From: a virus
Taxonomy: Duplodnaviria; Heunggongvirae; Uroviricota; Caudoviricetes
IMG/VR virus record: IMGVR_UViG_3300011952_000012
Reading direction: 5' to 3' (one strand)
Length of the DNA stretch: 8,253 nt
Of this stretch, positions 1-6,613 are shown one piece after another; the stretch's first letter is position 1; every line of letters starts with the position of its first letter. The notes beneath the pieces were generated by a model. The model searched no databases and was not told the DNA's origin. It worked only from the letters and a program-made list of their open reading frames with translations. A program made the translations under genes and the position numbers.

Positions 1-1042
1 CGACGCCAGCGGCAACGTAACGCAGGAGTGATTTTTCCAGCGAACTGAAACCAGCGTCAGCGTTCTGAGCGGTCTGTAAACTGAGTTTGTCGCCGGGGTG
101 CAGGTGAGGGACTTTCACGCCGCCTAATTTAATGTTTGCGCCGTTGTAGTACGTCACGTAACTCTGAATAAACGAATTCAGTGGGTTCGAGTCGATATCA
201 GTACCCGCGCCGGCGATATATTCAAACGCCTGCTGGCTGTCGAGCTCTGATTCGATTGTCGCGGCATACATCGCCTTCACAATGGCGCTCTGCAGTTGTG
301 TTTGCTGCAGCGTGTCGAGCATTTTCAGACGCTCCATCACGCTGTAGAAAATGTTATCTCCGCGGGTCTGTCCGTCCTCGAGCGGCTCGAATATGTGAAT
401 GAATGCGTGTCTGCCGCTGCTGAGCTGCGCTATCCAGTAGCCCACTGCGGCTCCATTTTTATCGATATCAACACCGGCGCGGCGAAATTGGGTGTCAGCT
501 GCGTAACCCGGATTTCGAATCCGTTTCGGCGAAACCATTTTGAATCGCGTCCGAAAAACGCTACCGGTACTGCTTTCCCAGACCGGTTGTACGCAGGTTT
601 CACCGTTAAACGCGTGAGTGGCCACACCCTCGCGGATCATCATTGTGAACGTCCGTTTCCGCTCGATATCAATCGTGCAGTGAGGGTCCTCAGCGTATTC
701 AGTCCACGCGACCTCAACGTCACGCGCCAGCGCCCTGGCGTCCTCGCGAGATATCCCTAGGTAACGCCAGTTAGGGCGATAACTCAATTTAAACAGATTG
801 CCGACAATATGATCCTGGTGCAGCTGCACGGCGTTCGACGCGACACCGTTATTGCGAACGAGATCGTCTGCTCGCGCGTTACCGCGATAAAAATTAGGCA
901 GCAGTGCCGCATCGGCGCTTTGCTGTGGCGCATTCCAGTCAATCAGCTGGCCACCGAAACCGGGACCGCCGCCGTTATACCCCGCAAAACGGCGTAGTGG
1001 CGTTTTACCGTCAGGCCCGAGCAGCTGCTGTGGAGCAGTCAT
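1..1042 (-). CDS. Phage portal protein, lambda gpB family (N-terminal ~347 aa; 3' end lies beyond the window start)
   Basis: Minus-strand ATG at 1042-1040 opens a frame that stays open to position 1. Translation begins MTAPQQLLGPDGKTPLRRFAGYNGGGPGFGGQLIDWN...LLPNFYRGNARADDLVRNNG...QLHQDHIVG...ERKRTFTMMIREGVA...SVMERLKMLDTLQQTQLQSAIVKAMYAATIESELD, closely matching lambda gpB as I recall it. It is not in the ORF track because it runs off the window. Start overlaps the gpW stop (ATGA). Confidence 0.9.
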   Translation of the reverse strand, partial: MTAPQQLLGPDGKTPLRRFAGYNGGGPGFGGQLIDWNAPQQSADAALLPNFYRGNARADDLVRNNGVASNAVQLHQDHIVGNLFKLSYRPNWRYLGISREDARALARDVEVAWTEYAEDPHCTIDIERKRTFTMMIREGVATHAFNGETCVQPVWESSTGSVFRTRFKMVSPKRIRNPGYAADTQFRRAGVDIDKNGAAVGYWIAQLSSGRHAFIHIFEPLEDGQTRGDNIFYSVMERLKMLDTLQQTQLQSAIVKAMYAATIESELDSQQAFEYIAGAGTDIDSNPLNSFIQSYVTYYNGANIKLGGVKVPHLHPGDKLSLQTAQNADAGFSSLEKSLLRYVAAGV

Positions 1043-1155
1043 AATCGAACTCCCACGGGACGGCGGCGTCCCGTACTCAGACCGAGCTGTGATTTCAGCT
1101 CGATAATGTACGTTCGGAGCTGTTCAATACTCGCCTGGGAGTACTGATAGCTCCG
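1039..1155 (-). CDS. Head-tail joining protein gpW-like (C-terminal 38 codons; 5' part hidden in the N-run)
   Basis: Third minus-strand frame between the N-run and the portal start translates to ...QASIEQLRTYIIELKSQLGLSTGRRRPVGVRL-stop, resembling the lambda gpW C-terminus (…[28 protein letters not shown]). Stop TGA at 1041-1039 overlaps the portal ATG. Position between terminase large subunit and portal matches lambda order A-W-B. Confidence 0.7.
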   Translation of the reverse strand, partial: RSYQYSQASIEQLRTYIIELKSQLGLSTGRRRPVGVRL

Positions 1156-1310
1156 NNNNNNNNNNNNNNNNNNNNNNNNNNNNNNNNNNNNNNNNNNNNN
1201 NNNNNNNNNNNNNNNNNNNNNNNNNNNNNNNNNNNNNNNNNNNNNNNNNNNNNNNNNNNNNNNNNNNNNNNNNNNNNNNNNNNNNNNNNNNNNNNNNNNN
1301 NNNNNNNNNN
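1156..1310. other. Run of 155 N (unresolved or masked sequence); hides the terminase large subunit C-terminus and the gpW N-terminus
   Basis: Directly visible as n characters in the sequence. Confidence 0.98.
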
Positions 1311-3207
1311 GAGCGTCTCGAGATTGAGCTGGAAACGAATTTTACTGATACGCAGCGCTGCCAGCCCGTATACCCAGCAGTCGAGCGCCTCATTTCGCCG
1401 CCCCTGGTTGTCCCAGCGGTAAACGACGCGACCGTTAATGAGTTTCGGGATCAGAACTTCAGAGACGAGCTGTTTTGCCTCTGTTGTGCCGAATATTTCG
1501 TCGTCGTTTGGAAAATGAATTGCACCCGGTGTCGCTGATTTTGGGTCTGGTTCCAGTGGCAGGGGCATCGCGAGCAAATCTTTTGCTGTGTCAGTACCGA
1601 TTAACGACAAATAAACTTTATTCGCGTTACGTGTACGCGGCATATTTACGACTGGCTGGCCGTATGAGCTTGCGCCTTTAATTGGAATGACCCACAGCGG
1701 ACCGAGTTTCAGCGAGCGGTTATAAACAACCTGCGCATCTATACCGCCGGTATCCCACGCCCAGCGGCTGACGCCGATTGTGGTCCCGTCGCTGCGCCGG
1801 TATTGTTTGCGAATCACTCCGTCGACACGCTGCAGCGTGTCCTCTTCGTCGTAGCGACCGAGGACGATTGTTTTATCAATCAGCCAGCACTCTTCCTCAG
1901 CTCCCCAGCCCCACACGTAACACTCGTAGCGCCCGGACGTCTGAGAGTCGATGCCGCCGGTTATATAAACAACACCGTCAGGAACCTGGCTGGCGTATTT
2001 TTCCCGGCGATTAACCAGAATATCGTGCTCCAGCTGCTCGCTGGCCACGTCGCTCCAAAGCTCGCCGAGCGTCGTGTTATGAAACGTTTTTTCTTTGAGT
2101 GGGTCGCCCTTCGCTTTCAGCCACTCGCTGACAATCTCGCCCCATCCATCAAGGTTTAGTGAATACAGGGCGTTTATCACGATCGCCGCGTGTTTCGGCG
2201 CGCGAACGACGCCACTGTCATGATCAAAAAAATGGATTNNNNNNNNNNTCTCGGGTCCAGGTGCAGTCCTCGGCTATCCAGCGCCCCCCGAGCTCCATTT
2301 TTTCGAGATCGCGATAGTAAAAATGCTCCGGGCAGTGGCAGCACTGGTAATACGCGGACGACGATTTCGACTCGTTGGTCTGCAGGCTGTCATCCCACTT
2401 GAGACCGTATTCGATACCGTCGAAACCAAATACCAGGACCTGCTCCTCGCCACAATGCGGACACTTCAGGTAAAAACGAAACGTCAGATCAGCCGCGTCT
2501 TCCAACATTTCTATATGGCTTTTGCCAGTAACGGTCGGCGTCGAACCAAAAATCGCTTTCGGGTATGCTGCGCCCTTAATTCGAACGAGCGCCAGCTCAA
2601 TTGGCGAGCCTTCGCCTTTACCTTTTTTAGCGACCTCCAGCGGCCAGCCGTCGACCTCGTCACCTTCGACAACCTGTTTCGTCAGTCGACGAAAATTCCC
2701 CGGCGTACTCGCGCCGCGAAAATCAATAATTGCGCCGCTCATCTCTTTGCGCTGGAGATTGTTACGCTCGTTGCTTTTATCCCAGTCTGGGAAAATTTTC
2801 TGAATCACCGGCATTTCGGCGATAGCGGGGTCAACCTCGTCGGCGACAAATCCATCCGATTCGTCATCGATAGGCTGATAGACCACGGCACTACGTTTTT
2901 TGTGCTCAGCGAAATAGAGCAGCGCCGCGACGAGTATTTTTGTATAACCGAGACGAGCTGATTTGCGAACAGACACGATTTTTATCGCGTCGTTAGTCAT
3001 CATATTTAACATCACTACCTGGACCGGCTGAGTCGTCCAGTGGCCAGCAATATGGCTTGAGCCTTCGGGAAGATAAAAATGTTTATCAGCCCACTCAACC
3101 CCCGTCATCGGTATCGTCACGCGCAAGGGATTCAACCCTGTCGAGATCGCGTTCGATATCGCTGACATCGTAATCGCTGAAGTCGATTCGTATGTCTGCC
3201 AGTTCAT
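1311..3207 (-). CDS. Terminase large subunit, lambda gpA family (interrupted by a 10-N run at 2239-2248; C-terminus in the 155-N run)
   Basis: ORF-track pieces 2224..3207 and 1095..2180 are two halves of one protein. N-terminal half has VEWADKHFYLPEG, VSVRKSARLGYTKILVAALLYFAEHKKRS, KCPHCGEEQ; C-terminal half has KEKTFHNTTLGELW, YITGGIDSQ, CWLIDKTIVLGRYDEEDTL, WDTGGIDAQVVYNRS, VIPIKGASSYGQPV, YLSLIGTDTAKD, RRNEALDCWVYGLAALRIS, all colinear with lambda gpA as I recall it. Start may be 3207 (ORF track) or the internal ATG at 3168 (MSAISN..., closer to lambda MNISNS...). Confidence 0.92.
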
Positions 3208-3661
3208 TCAGGGCTATTGCCAGCTCCTCTCGTAATACACTGCTCGCCTCCTGCGGCATTTCCGGCCACACCTTTTTTAACCGTGGTGGCCACGATTCGA
3301 CACGGGTACGTAATTCAACTGCGACGCGAGATACAGCTACGCTGATTAATTCAATTGGCGCGTAGCGTTTAGCAAGAATGCGGCGTTTCACGCGAGCCAT
3401 CAGGATTCGCTCCTGCCGTTCCTCATTTTTCAACCACTGCTCGCGATTTTTTTCGGGAGAATTGTCCCCCGCTTCCGGTTCGTCATTACTAGTTGTGTCG
3501 CGTCTATTGCTCCGGAGATAACGAATATAAAAATGGCGCCATGCGTCAAGTTCCCAATCGCCACGTCCTTGGGGGACTGGGGCTCCCGGAAGTTTTGCAA
3601 GATCGCGCAGACGACGATCAGATAGCAGTAAATGTGCTGCGACCTCAGCCTGACTTGCCAT
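3095..3661 (-). CDS. Terminase small subunit (Nu1-like DNA-packaging protein)
   Basis: 188-aa ORF immediately upstream of and overlapping the terminase large subunit. RBS GAGGA about 6 nt before the ATG at 3661. N-terminus (LSDRRLRDLAKLPGAPVPQGRGDWELDAWRHFYIRY) loosely resembles the lambda Nu1 N-terminal region (ASIRTIQNWQEQGMPVLRGGGKGNEVLYDSAAVIKWY); acidic C-terminus. Called mainly on synteny. Confidence 0.65.
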   Translation of the reverse strand: MASQAEVAAHLLLSDRRLRDLAKLPGAPVPQGRGDWELDAWRHFYIRYLRSNRRDTTSNDEPEAGDNSPEKNREQWLKNEERQERILMARVKRRILAKRYAPIELISVAVSRVAVELRTRVESWPPRLKKVWPEMPQEASSVLREELAIALNELADIRIDFSDYDVSDIERDLDRVESLARDDTDDGG

Positions 3662-3724
3662 TAAAAATCCTCACCGGAACCGGAAATACCCAAAATGAAA
3701 AAATACTAAAAACGAGTGAGTTTT

Positions 3725-3775
3725 TGCGCGTCTACCGACCCTCGGTGTTTTGAATTTCGGAAAGGACCCGCGACC
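3725..3775. other. Putative cos region (cosQ-like and cosN-like elements)
   Basis: About 60-100 bp upstream of the Nu1-like start. Minus strand reads CGGGTCCTTTCCG (plus 3758-3770), matching the lambda right-end motif ACGGGTCCTTTCCGG as I recall it, followed about 11 nt later by the hyphenated palindrome ACCGA-GGG-TCGGT (plus 3734-3746), a candidate nicking site. Confidence 0.45.
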
Positions 3776-4032
3776 AGGGGGGCTATATCCCTTTCAGGAC
3801 AGGAATCGGGGGCTCGCATCAGGTTCATCAAACTCGACTGTAGCCTCGCGGCGTACTTGTTTGCATACATCAGCTTTGTGTATCTCATTATCAGCGTAAG
3901 CTTTCACTTTGGCAGCGAGCCATCCTTTTGCGCTGTATCGATAGACTACCGAACAAAGTTTCCCCTATGTGTATATATCTTGAAATTATTGATATTCTTA
4001 CAGAAAAGCAACAACCATGAGCACACAAAAAA

Positions 4033-4262
4033 ATGAACAAAGAAAAAATCGAAGCCTTAATGAGCGTAATATTAAAAGAAGCTGACCCCAAAAAATTTCC
4101 TGAGAAATTATCAGAGGACGCCATCGTATCTTTTTATCGTGCGAACTCCTCTTACCTACATTGTTCAACTTTAAGAGAATGGTTAAGCGGCGAAGCAGAG
4201 CCTTCAGATGAGATACTTGAGGAGATTATGGTTCAGAACAACTGGCGCGCAACTAAATGGTC
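4033..4262 (+). CDS. Hypothetical protein, low-GC moron-like ORF (3' end lost in or near the 10-N run)
   Basis: Only plus-strand ORF with a plausible hydrophilic translation (MNKEKIEALMSVILKEADPKKFPEKLSEDAIVSFYRANSSYLHCSTLREWLSGEAEPSDEILEEIMVQNNWRATKW). Markedly AT-rich compared with flanking phage genes, preceded by an AT-rich region 3890-4030. No clear SD. The ORF-track continuation after the gap is antisense to the lipoprotein signal peptide and is probably not real. Confidence 0.35.
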
Positions 4263-4272
4263 NNNNNNNNNN
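4263..4272. other. Run of 10 N (placeholder gap) between convergent genes
   Basis: Directly visible. Confidence 0.98.
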
Positions 4273-4403
4273 GTAATCTTCGTACCCGGCGCGATCGTCA
4301 CGTGTTTAATGCTGCTGCCGTCAGCGCGAGTCGCTTCGGTGTATGTCGAATGTGTGCAGCCTGCCATCGTGAAGAACGCGACAGCTAAGAGAAGTTTTTT
4401 CAC
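4273..4403 (-). CDS. Putative lipoprotein (N-terminal part; possible spanin or Bor-like outer-membrane lipoprotein), 3' end in or beyond the N-run
   Basis: GTG at 4403-4401 lies 7 nt after the endolysin stop (TAG 4413-4411). Translation V/MKKLLLAVAFFTMAGCTHSTYTEATRADGSSIKHVTIAPGTKIT... has a canonical lipoprotein signal peptide (KK n-region, hydrophobic core, lipobox-like MAG-C). All three minus frames hit stops within about 25 codons below the gap, so the protein is short unless the gap hides more. Confidence 0.55.
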
Positions 4404-4410
4404 GTTTTAC

Positions 4411-4890
4411 CTACGCTTCTGAGATAGATTTCTCAGCATTCACCAATGGAAGTGATTGTGGAACATCCGTTTGACCTGCTGGCCAGCGATAGCCTGTTAC
4501 GCGGGAACGAGGAAAAGCTTTGATATTTACTTCATCTGCCTGGTTGCCCCCCAAAATCATTAAATCCCCGGCGGCATTTTTCCCGACAACAAAACCAACG
4601 TGGCCACCGCCAGACCGAGACAGAATAGCAATGCATCCATAGGCAGGTTCCTTCAGTTCATTACCCCAATCGAGATAAGAATTCGCAGACTCAAAACGCG
4701 TTGAGCGAATACCAACACGTTCCAGCATTGCTCCGGTGAAGGCGGCGCACCATGGTGTTTCGTCATCCTTAATACCGCCGCGTTTGATATCTTTCCAGTA
4801 CTGCACAATTTCTGCAGCATGTTGCTTCCCTTTCATTTCCCGGATGCCGAGATTTTTTCGTGCCTCAATTAGCCATTTAGGATCGGTCAT
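4411..4890 (-). CDS. Putative endolysin: Cys-His peptidase (CHAP / NlpC-P60-like, TIGR02594-like) peptidoglycan hydrolase
   Basis: 159-aa ORF with RBS GGAGA about 6 nt upstream. Candidate catalytic Cys in DETPWCAAFTG and His in GGGHVGFVVG. Sits directly after two small membrane proteins and before a lipoprotein. Start overlaps the upstream stop (TAATG). Confidence 0.6.
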   Translation of the reverse strand: MTDPKWLIEARKNLGIREMKGKQHAAEIVQYWKDIKRGGIKDDETPWCAAFTGAMLERVGIRSTRFESANSYLDWGNELKEPAYGCIAILSRSGGGHVGFVVGKNAAGDLMILGGNQADEVNIKAFPRSRVTGYRWPAGQTDVPQSLPLVNAEKSISEA

Positions 4891-5162
4891 TACCTGTCTC
4901 CTGTTATTTTTGAAATATTTCCTCGTGCCCGCCAGACAGCAATACAGATGGTGAGGTTGAGAAAGAACTCTGCGGGATCAACCTGCGTATATTTCCCGTA
5001 AAAAATTCGTAGGGCTATCCACGCAGCAGACAGAATCGCCAGGTAAGCAGTTAGTGAGATAAAAAAACGATAGCGGCCTGTTTTTTGAAAAAACATCAAC
5101 CGCAGTGCCAGCATCAGACAGATAATTGCATTGGCATTGATGAGGACAGAGTGCAGGGTCAT
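4890..5162 (-). CDS. Small integral membrane protein (holin or antiholin-like), second gene of the lysis cassette
   Basis: 90-aa ORF with about three hydrophobic segments (AIICLMLALRLMFF, FFISLTAYLAILSAAWIALRIF, FFLNLTICIAVW). RBS AAGGGGA about 8 nt upstream. Stop and start overlaps with both neighbours (TAATG) suggest translational coupling. Confidence 0.6.
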   Translation of the reverse strand: MTLHSVLINANAIICLMLALRLMFFQKTGRYRFFISLTAYLAILSAAWIALRIFYGKYTQVDPAEFFLNLTICIAVWRARGNISKITGDR

Positions 5163-5545
5163 TATTTCATCCCCTTATCTGATTTCCATAAACGAGCTTG
5201 TGACATGATCCGCAACAGTGATGTAACGCTGATTACTGATGCAACCAGTGCACCAATGGCGGGAGAGACTTTTACTGTTACGGGAGGGTTCAGGTGACTC
5301 AGCACCGCATTCAGAATACCGGTAATGATGGCTGATGCTGTCTCAGCGCAATACACACCGCCAACAAACGAAATGAGTGCGAAAATAACCTGCTTCCAGA
5401 ATCGATGCTGCCCGGATGACAACACATAGAGAGCTGCGCCTGCCAGCGCACAGATCATCACTGCAGGTGTTGCCTCAGGAAATAACGCAGCAAACGTCAC
5501 CCCCGCCGAGCCAGCAGCAACGCCAGCGGTTAGAGGTTCAGACAT
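5162..5545 (-). CDS. Putative holin (multi-TM membrane protein), first gene of the late/lysis operon
   Basis: ORF track gives 5162..5671, but the ATG at 5545 (MSEPLTAGVAAGSAGVTFAALF...) has an RBS AGGAAA 6 nt upstream and lies downstream of the terminator hairpin; the longer start would run through that hairpin. 127 aa with 3-4 hydrophobic segments and a charged C-terminus (RLWKSDKGMK). Confidence 0.6.
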   Translation of the reverse strand: MSEPLTAGVAAGSAGVTFAALFPEATPAVMICALAGAALYVLSSGQHRFWKQVIFALISFVGGVYCAETASAIITGILNAVLSHLNPPVTVKVSPAIGALVASVISVTSLLRIMSQARLWKSDKGMK

Positions 5546-5561
5546 GATTTTTCCTGATTCA

Positions 5562-5590
5562 GAAACGACAAAACCCCGCCGTGGCGAGGT
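5562..5590 (-). terminator. Rho-independent terminator-like hairpin between the Q-like gene and the holin (tR'-like)
   Basis: Minus strand reads CCUCGC-CACG-GCGGGG (6-bp GC-rich stem, one G-U pair, 4-nt loop) followed by UUUUGUCGUUUCU. In lambda the Q-dependent terminator tR' lies in the equivalent position. Confidence 0.4.
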
Positions 5591-5625
5591 TCTTAGAAAT
5601 TTGGCAACATACCAAATTAGCGTTA

Positions 5626-5654
5626 AATATGGCCTATTTTGTTCGGTTTTGCAA
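5626..5654 (-). promoter_or_regulatory. Candidate late promoter (pR'-like) immediately after the Q-like stop
   Basis: Minus strand TTGCAA (5654-5649), 17-bp spacer, CATATT (5631-5626). Weak match to the sigma70 consensus; proposed from position only. Confidence 0.25.
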
Positions 5655-5657
5655 GCA

Positions 5658-6092
5658 TTATACGCAAACATCGTCTAAATGGTTCTGATAATGATGCAAA
5701 GTTGCAAAAAGTGCCACTTCATCAAGTGCTCTCACCGCCTCTTTCATTCCTACCCAGTGCGGGGAGTATGTTTCGCACCAGGTGGAACGAGAAACAGACA
5801 ACATTCCAGCTAGCGCAGATCCGGCCATCTCCTTAAAATCCTCGCGTTTATTTGCTGCTGCGACCGCCTGCACGGACAACCACACCAACGAAAGCAGGCG
5901 CTTGACTACTTTTCTCTGAGTTGACGCAGAGATGTTTCCTTTATAGCGACTCCAGACAGCCTCACAAATAGCTGTTTGGTGTTTGAACGCCAGGTTACCA
6001 CCGTAGCAATAGCGCAACCACGCCTGCTGGCTAACGTCGAGCGCGTTCACGGCACGGCGCCACGATGAATCAGCGAATTCAAAATCATTCAT
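5658..6092 (-). CDS. Putative late-gene antiterminator (Q-like), 144 aa from the ATG at 6092; may continue upstream across the N-run
   Basis: Open frame with a credible translation (MNDFEFADSSWRRAVNALDVSQQAWLRYCYGGNLAFKHQTAICEAVWSRYKGN...). It is the last gene before the promoter/terminator region and the holin, which is the Q position in lambdoid phages. I do not recognise the sequence as a specific Q family, so the function is inferred from synteny. Confidence 0.45.
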   Translation of the reverse strand: MNDFEFADSSWRRAVNALDVSQQAWLRYCYGGNLAFKHQTAICEAVWSRYKGNISASTQRKVVKRLLSLVWLSVQAVAAANKREDFKEMAGSALAGMLSVSRSTWCETYSPHWVGMKEAVRALDEVALFATLHHYQNHLDDVCV

Positions 6093-6126
6093 CGGCGGCG
6101 CGGGGCGACGTCTGCTGAAACTTTCC

Positions 6127-6136
6127 NNNNNNNNNN
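6127..6136. other. Run of 10 N (placeholder gap) inside the Q-like region
   Basis: Directly visible. Confidence 0.98.
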
Positions 6137-6333
6137 TAAACTGGCGGAACCAGAGCATCAACGGTCCGGTCCTCCAGTTGCACACGATGAATATGTTTGC
6201 GTGGGTATGCGTTTTTATCTGCTGGCGGGTGCTCACACAATGCTTCCAGTTGCCCCTTAGAACCACCAGACAAATCCCGTAATGCAGCACGCAGTTTTAT
6301 GCGGGTATATTCCAATAAATACTCGTTACTCAT
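6137..6333 (-). CDS. Small ORF upstream of the Q-like gene (65 aa visible before the N-run); either a separate small gene or the N-terminal part of the Q-like protein
   Basis: ATG at 6333-6331 overlaps the stop of the YbcO-like gene (TGATG). Translation MSNEYLLEYTRIKLRAALRDLSGGSKGQLEALCEHPPADKNAYPRKHIHRVQLEDRTVDALVPPV then enters the gap. After the gap this frame stops at 6087-6085, 8 nt inside the ATG-initiated downstream frame, but gap length is unknown so frame continuity cannot be judged. Confidence 0.4.
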
Positions 6334-6613
6334 CAGATAAACTCCTCATCGCGCCAGATAGCCAGTGTTCTGAAAACTCCTTCAGCGTGCATCAACAACA
6401 ATGAGTCGTGCTCGTAATCCGTTTTTGTACGCCCGTCGATGGCATCGTGACACGCACTGCAGGCGATAGCGCCCTGCATATCGTGAGGTTTGATGGCTGT
6501 GCCGCACGTTCCGGCGAGGCGGTAGTGAGCCAGTACACTGGTTTCCGGATTGTGATTACGCACACAGGACAAGCGCGACCGCATGCAGCTTTTCTCAGGT
6601 CGATTTTTTTCAT
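6333..6613 (-). CDS. YbcO-like protein (DUF1364 family), with an apparent frame break near the 5' end (possible pseudogene or sequence error)
   Basis: C-terminal 80 residues (...NPETSVLAHYRLAGTCGTAIKPHDMQGAIACSACHDAIDGRTKTDYEHDSLLLMHAEGVFRTLAIWRDEEFI) match E. coli DLP12 YbcO as I recall it (NPETSVLAHIRLTGLCGTGTKP...IACSACHDEID...). The YbcO-like N-terminus MKKIDLRKAACGRACPV is in a different frame, starting at the ATG 6613-6611 that overlaps the upstream stop (ATGA). Confidence 0.6.

Noticed and set aside
181-997. Plus-strand ORFs 181..402, 296..760 and 809..997, and minus ORF 430..627
   Set aside because: They lie antisense to, or out of frame within, the portal gene, whose minus-strand frame is continuous and homologous to gpB. 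Translations are Arg/Cys-rich with no recognisable features.
1095-1393. ORF-track tails after the 155-N run (…GAISTPRRVLNSSERTLSS and the 1124..1393 ORF)
   Set aside because: They read through the N-run in arbitrary phase. The credible frame below the gap is the third one, which gives the gpW-like C-terminus.
1475-2961. Plus-strand ORFs 1475..1681, 1778..2014, 1803..2159, 2190..2402, 2323..2961 and 2522..2803
   Set aside because: All are antisense to the terminase large subunit, whose minus-strand frame carries strong gpA similarity. They are the usual shadow ORFs of a GC-rich coding region.
3493-4124. ORFs 3493..3753 (+), 3706..3888 (-), 3716..4036 (+) and 3891..4124 (-)
   Set aside because: They overlap the Nu1-like gene or the cos / AT-rich non-coding region, have no RBS and low-complexity translations. 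This interval is better explained as cos plus a promoter region.
4273-4422. Continuation of plus ORF 4033..4422 after the N-run (VIFVPGAIVTCLMLLPSARVASVYVECVQPAIVKNATAKRSFFTFYLRF)
   Set aside because: It is the reverse complement of the lipoprotein signal peptide region and has the local high GC rather than the AT-rich character of the upstream part; the join also depends on a placeholder gap.
5545-5671. Extended holin start at 5671 (ORF track)
   Set aside because: The N-terminal 42 residues would be translated through the promoter/terminator hairpin and lack an RBS. The internal ATG at 5545 has AGGAAA 6 nt upstream.
4736-5836. Plus-strand ORFs 4736..4954, 5085..5297 and 5639..5836
   Set aside because: Antisense to the lysis genes or the Q-like gene; no RBS and no features.
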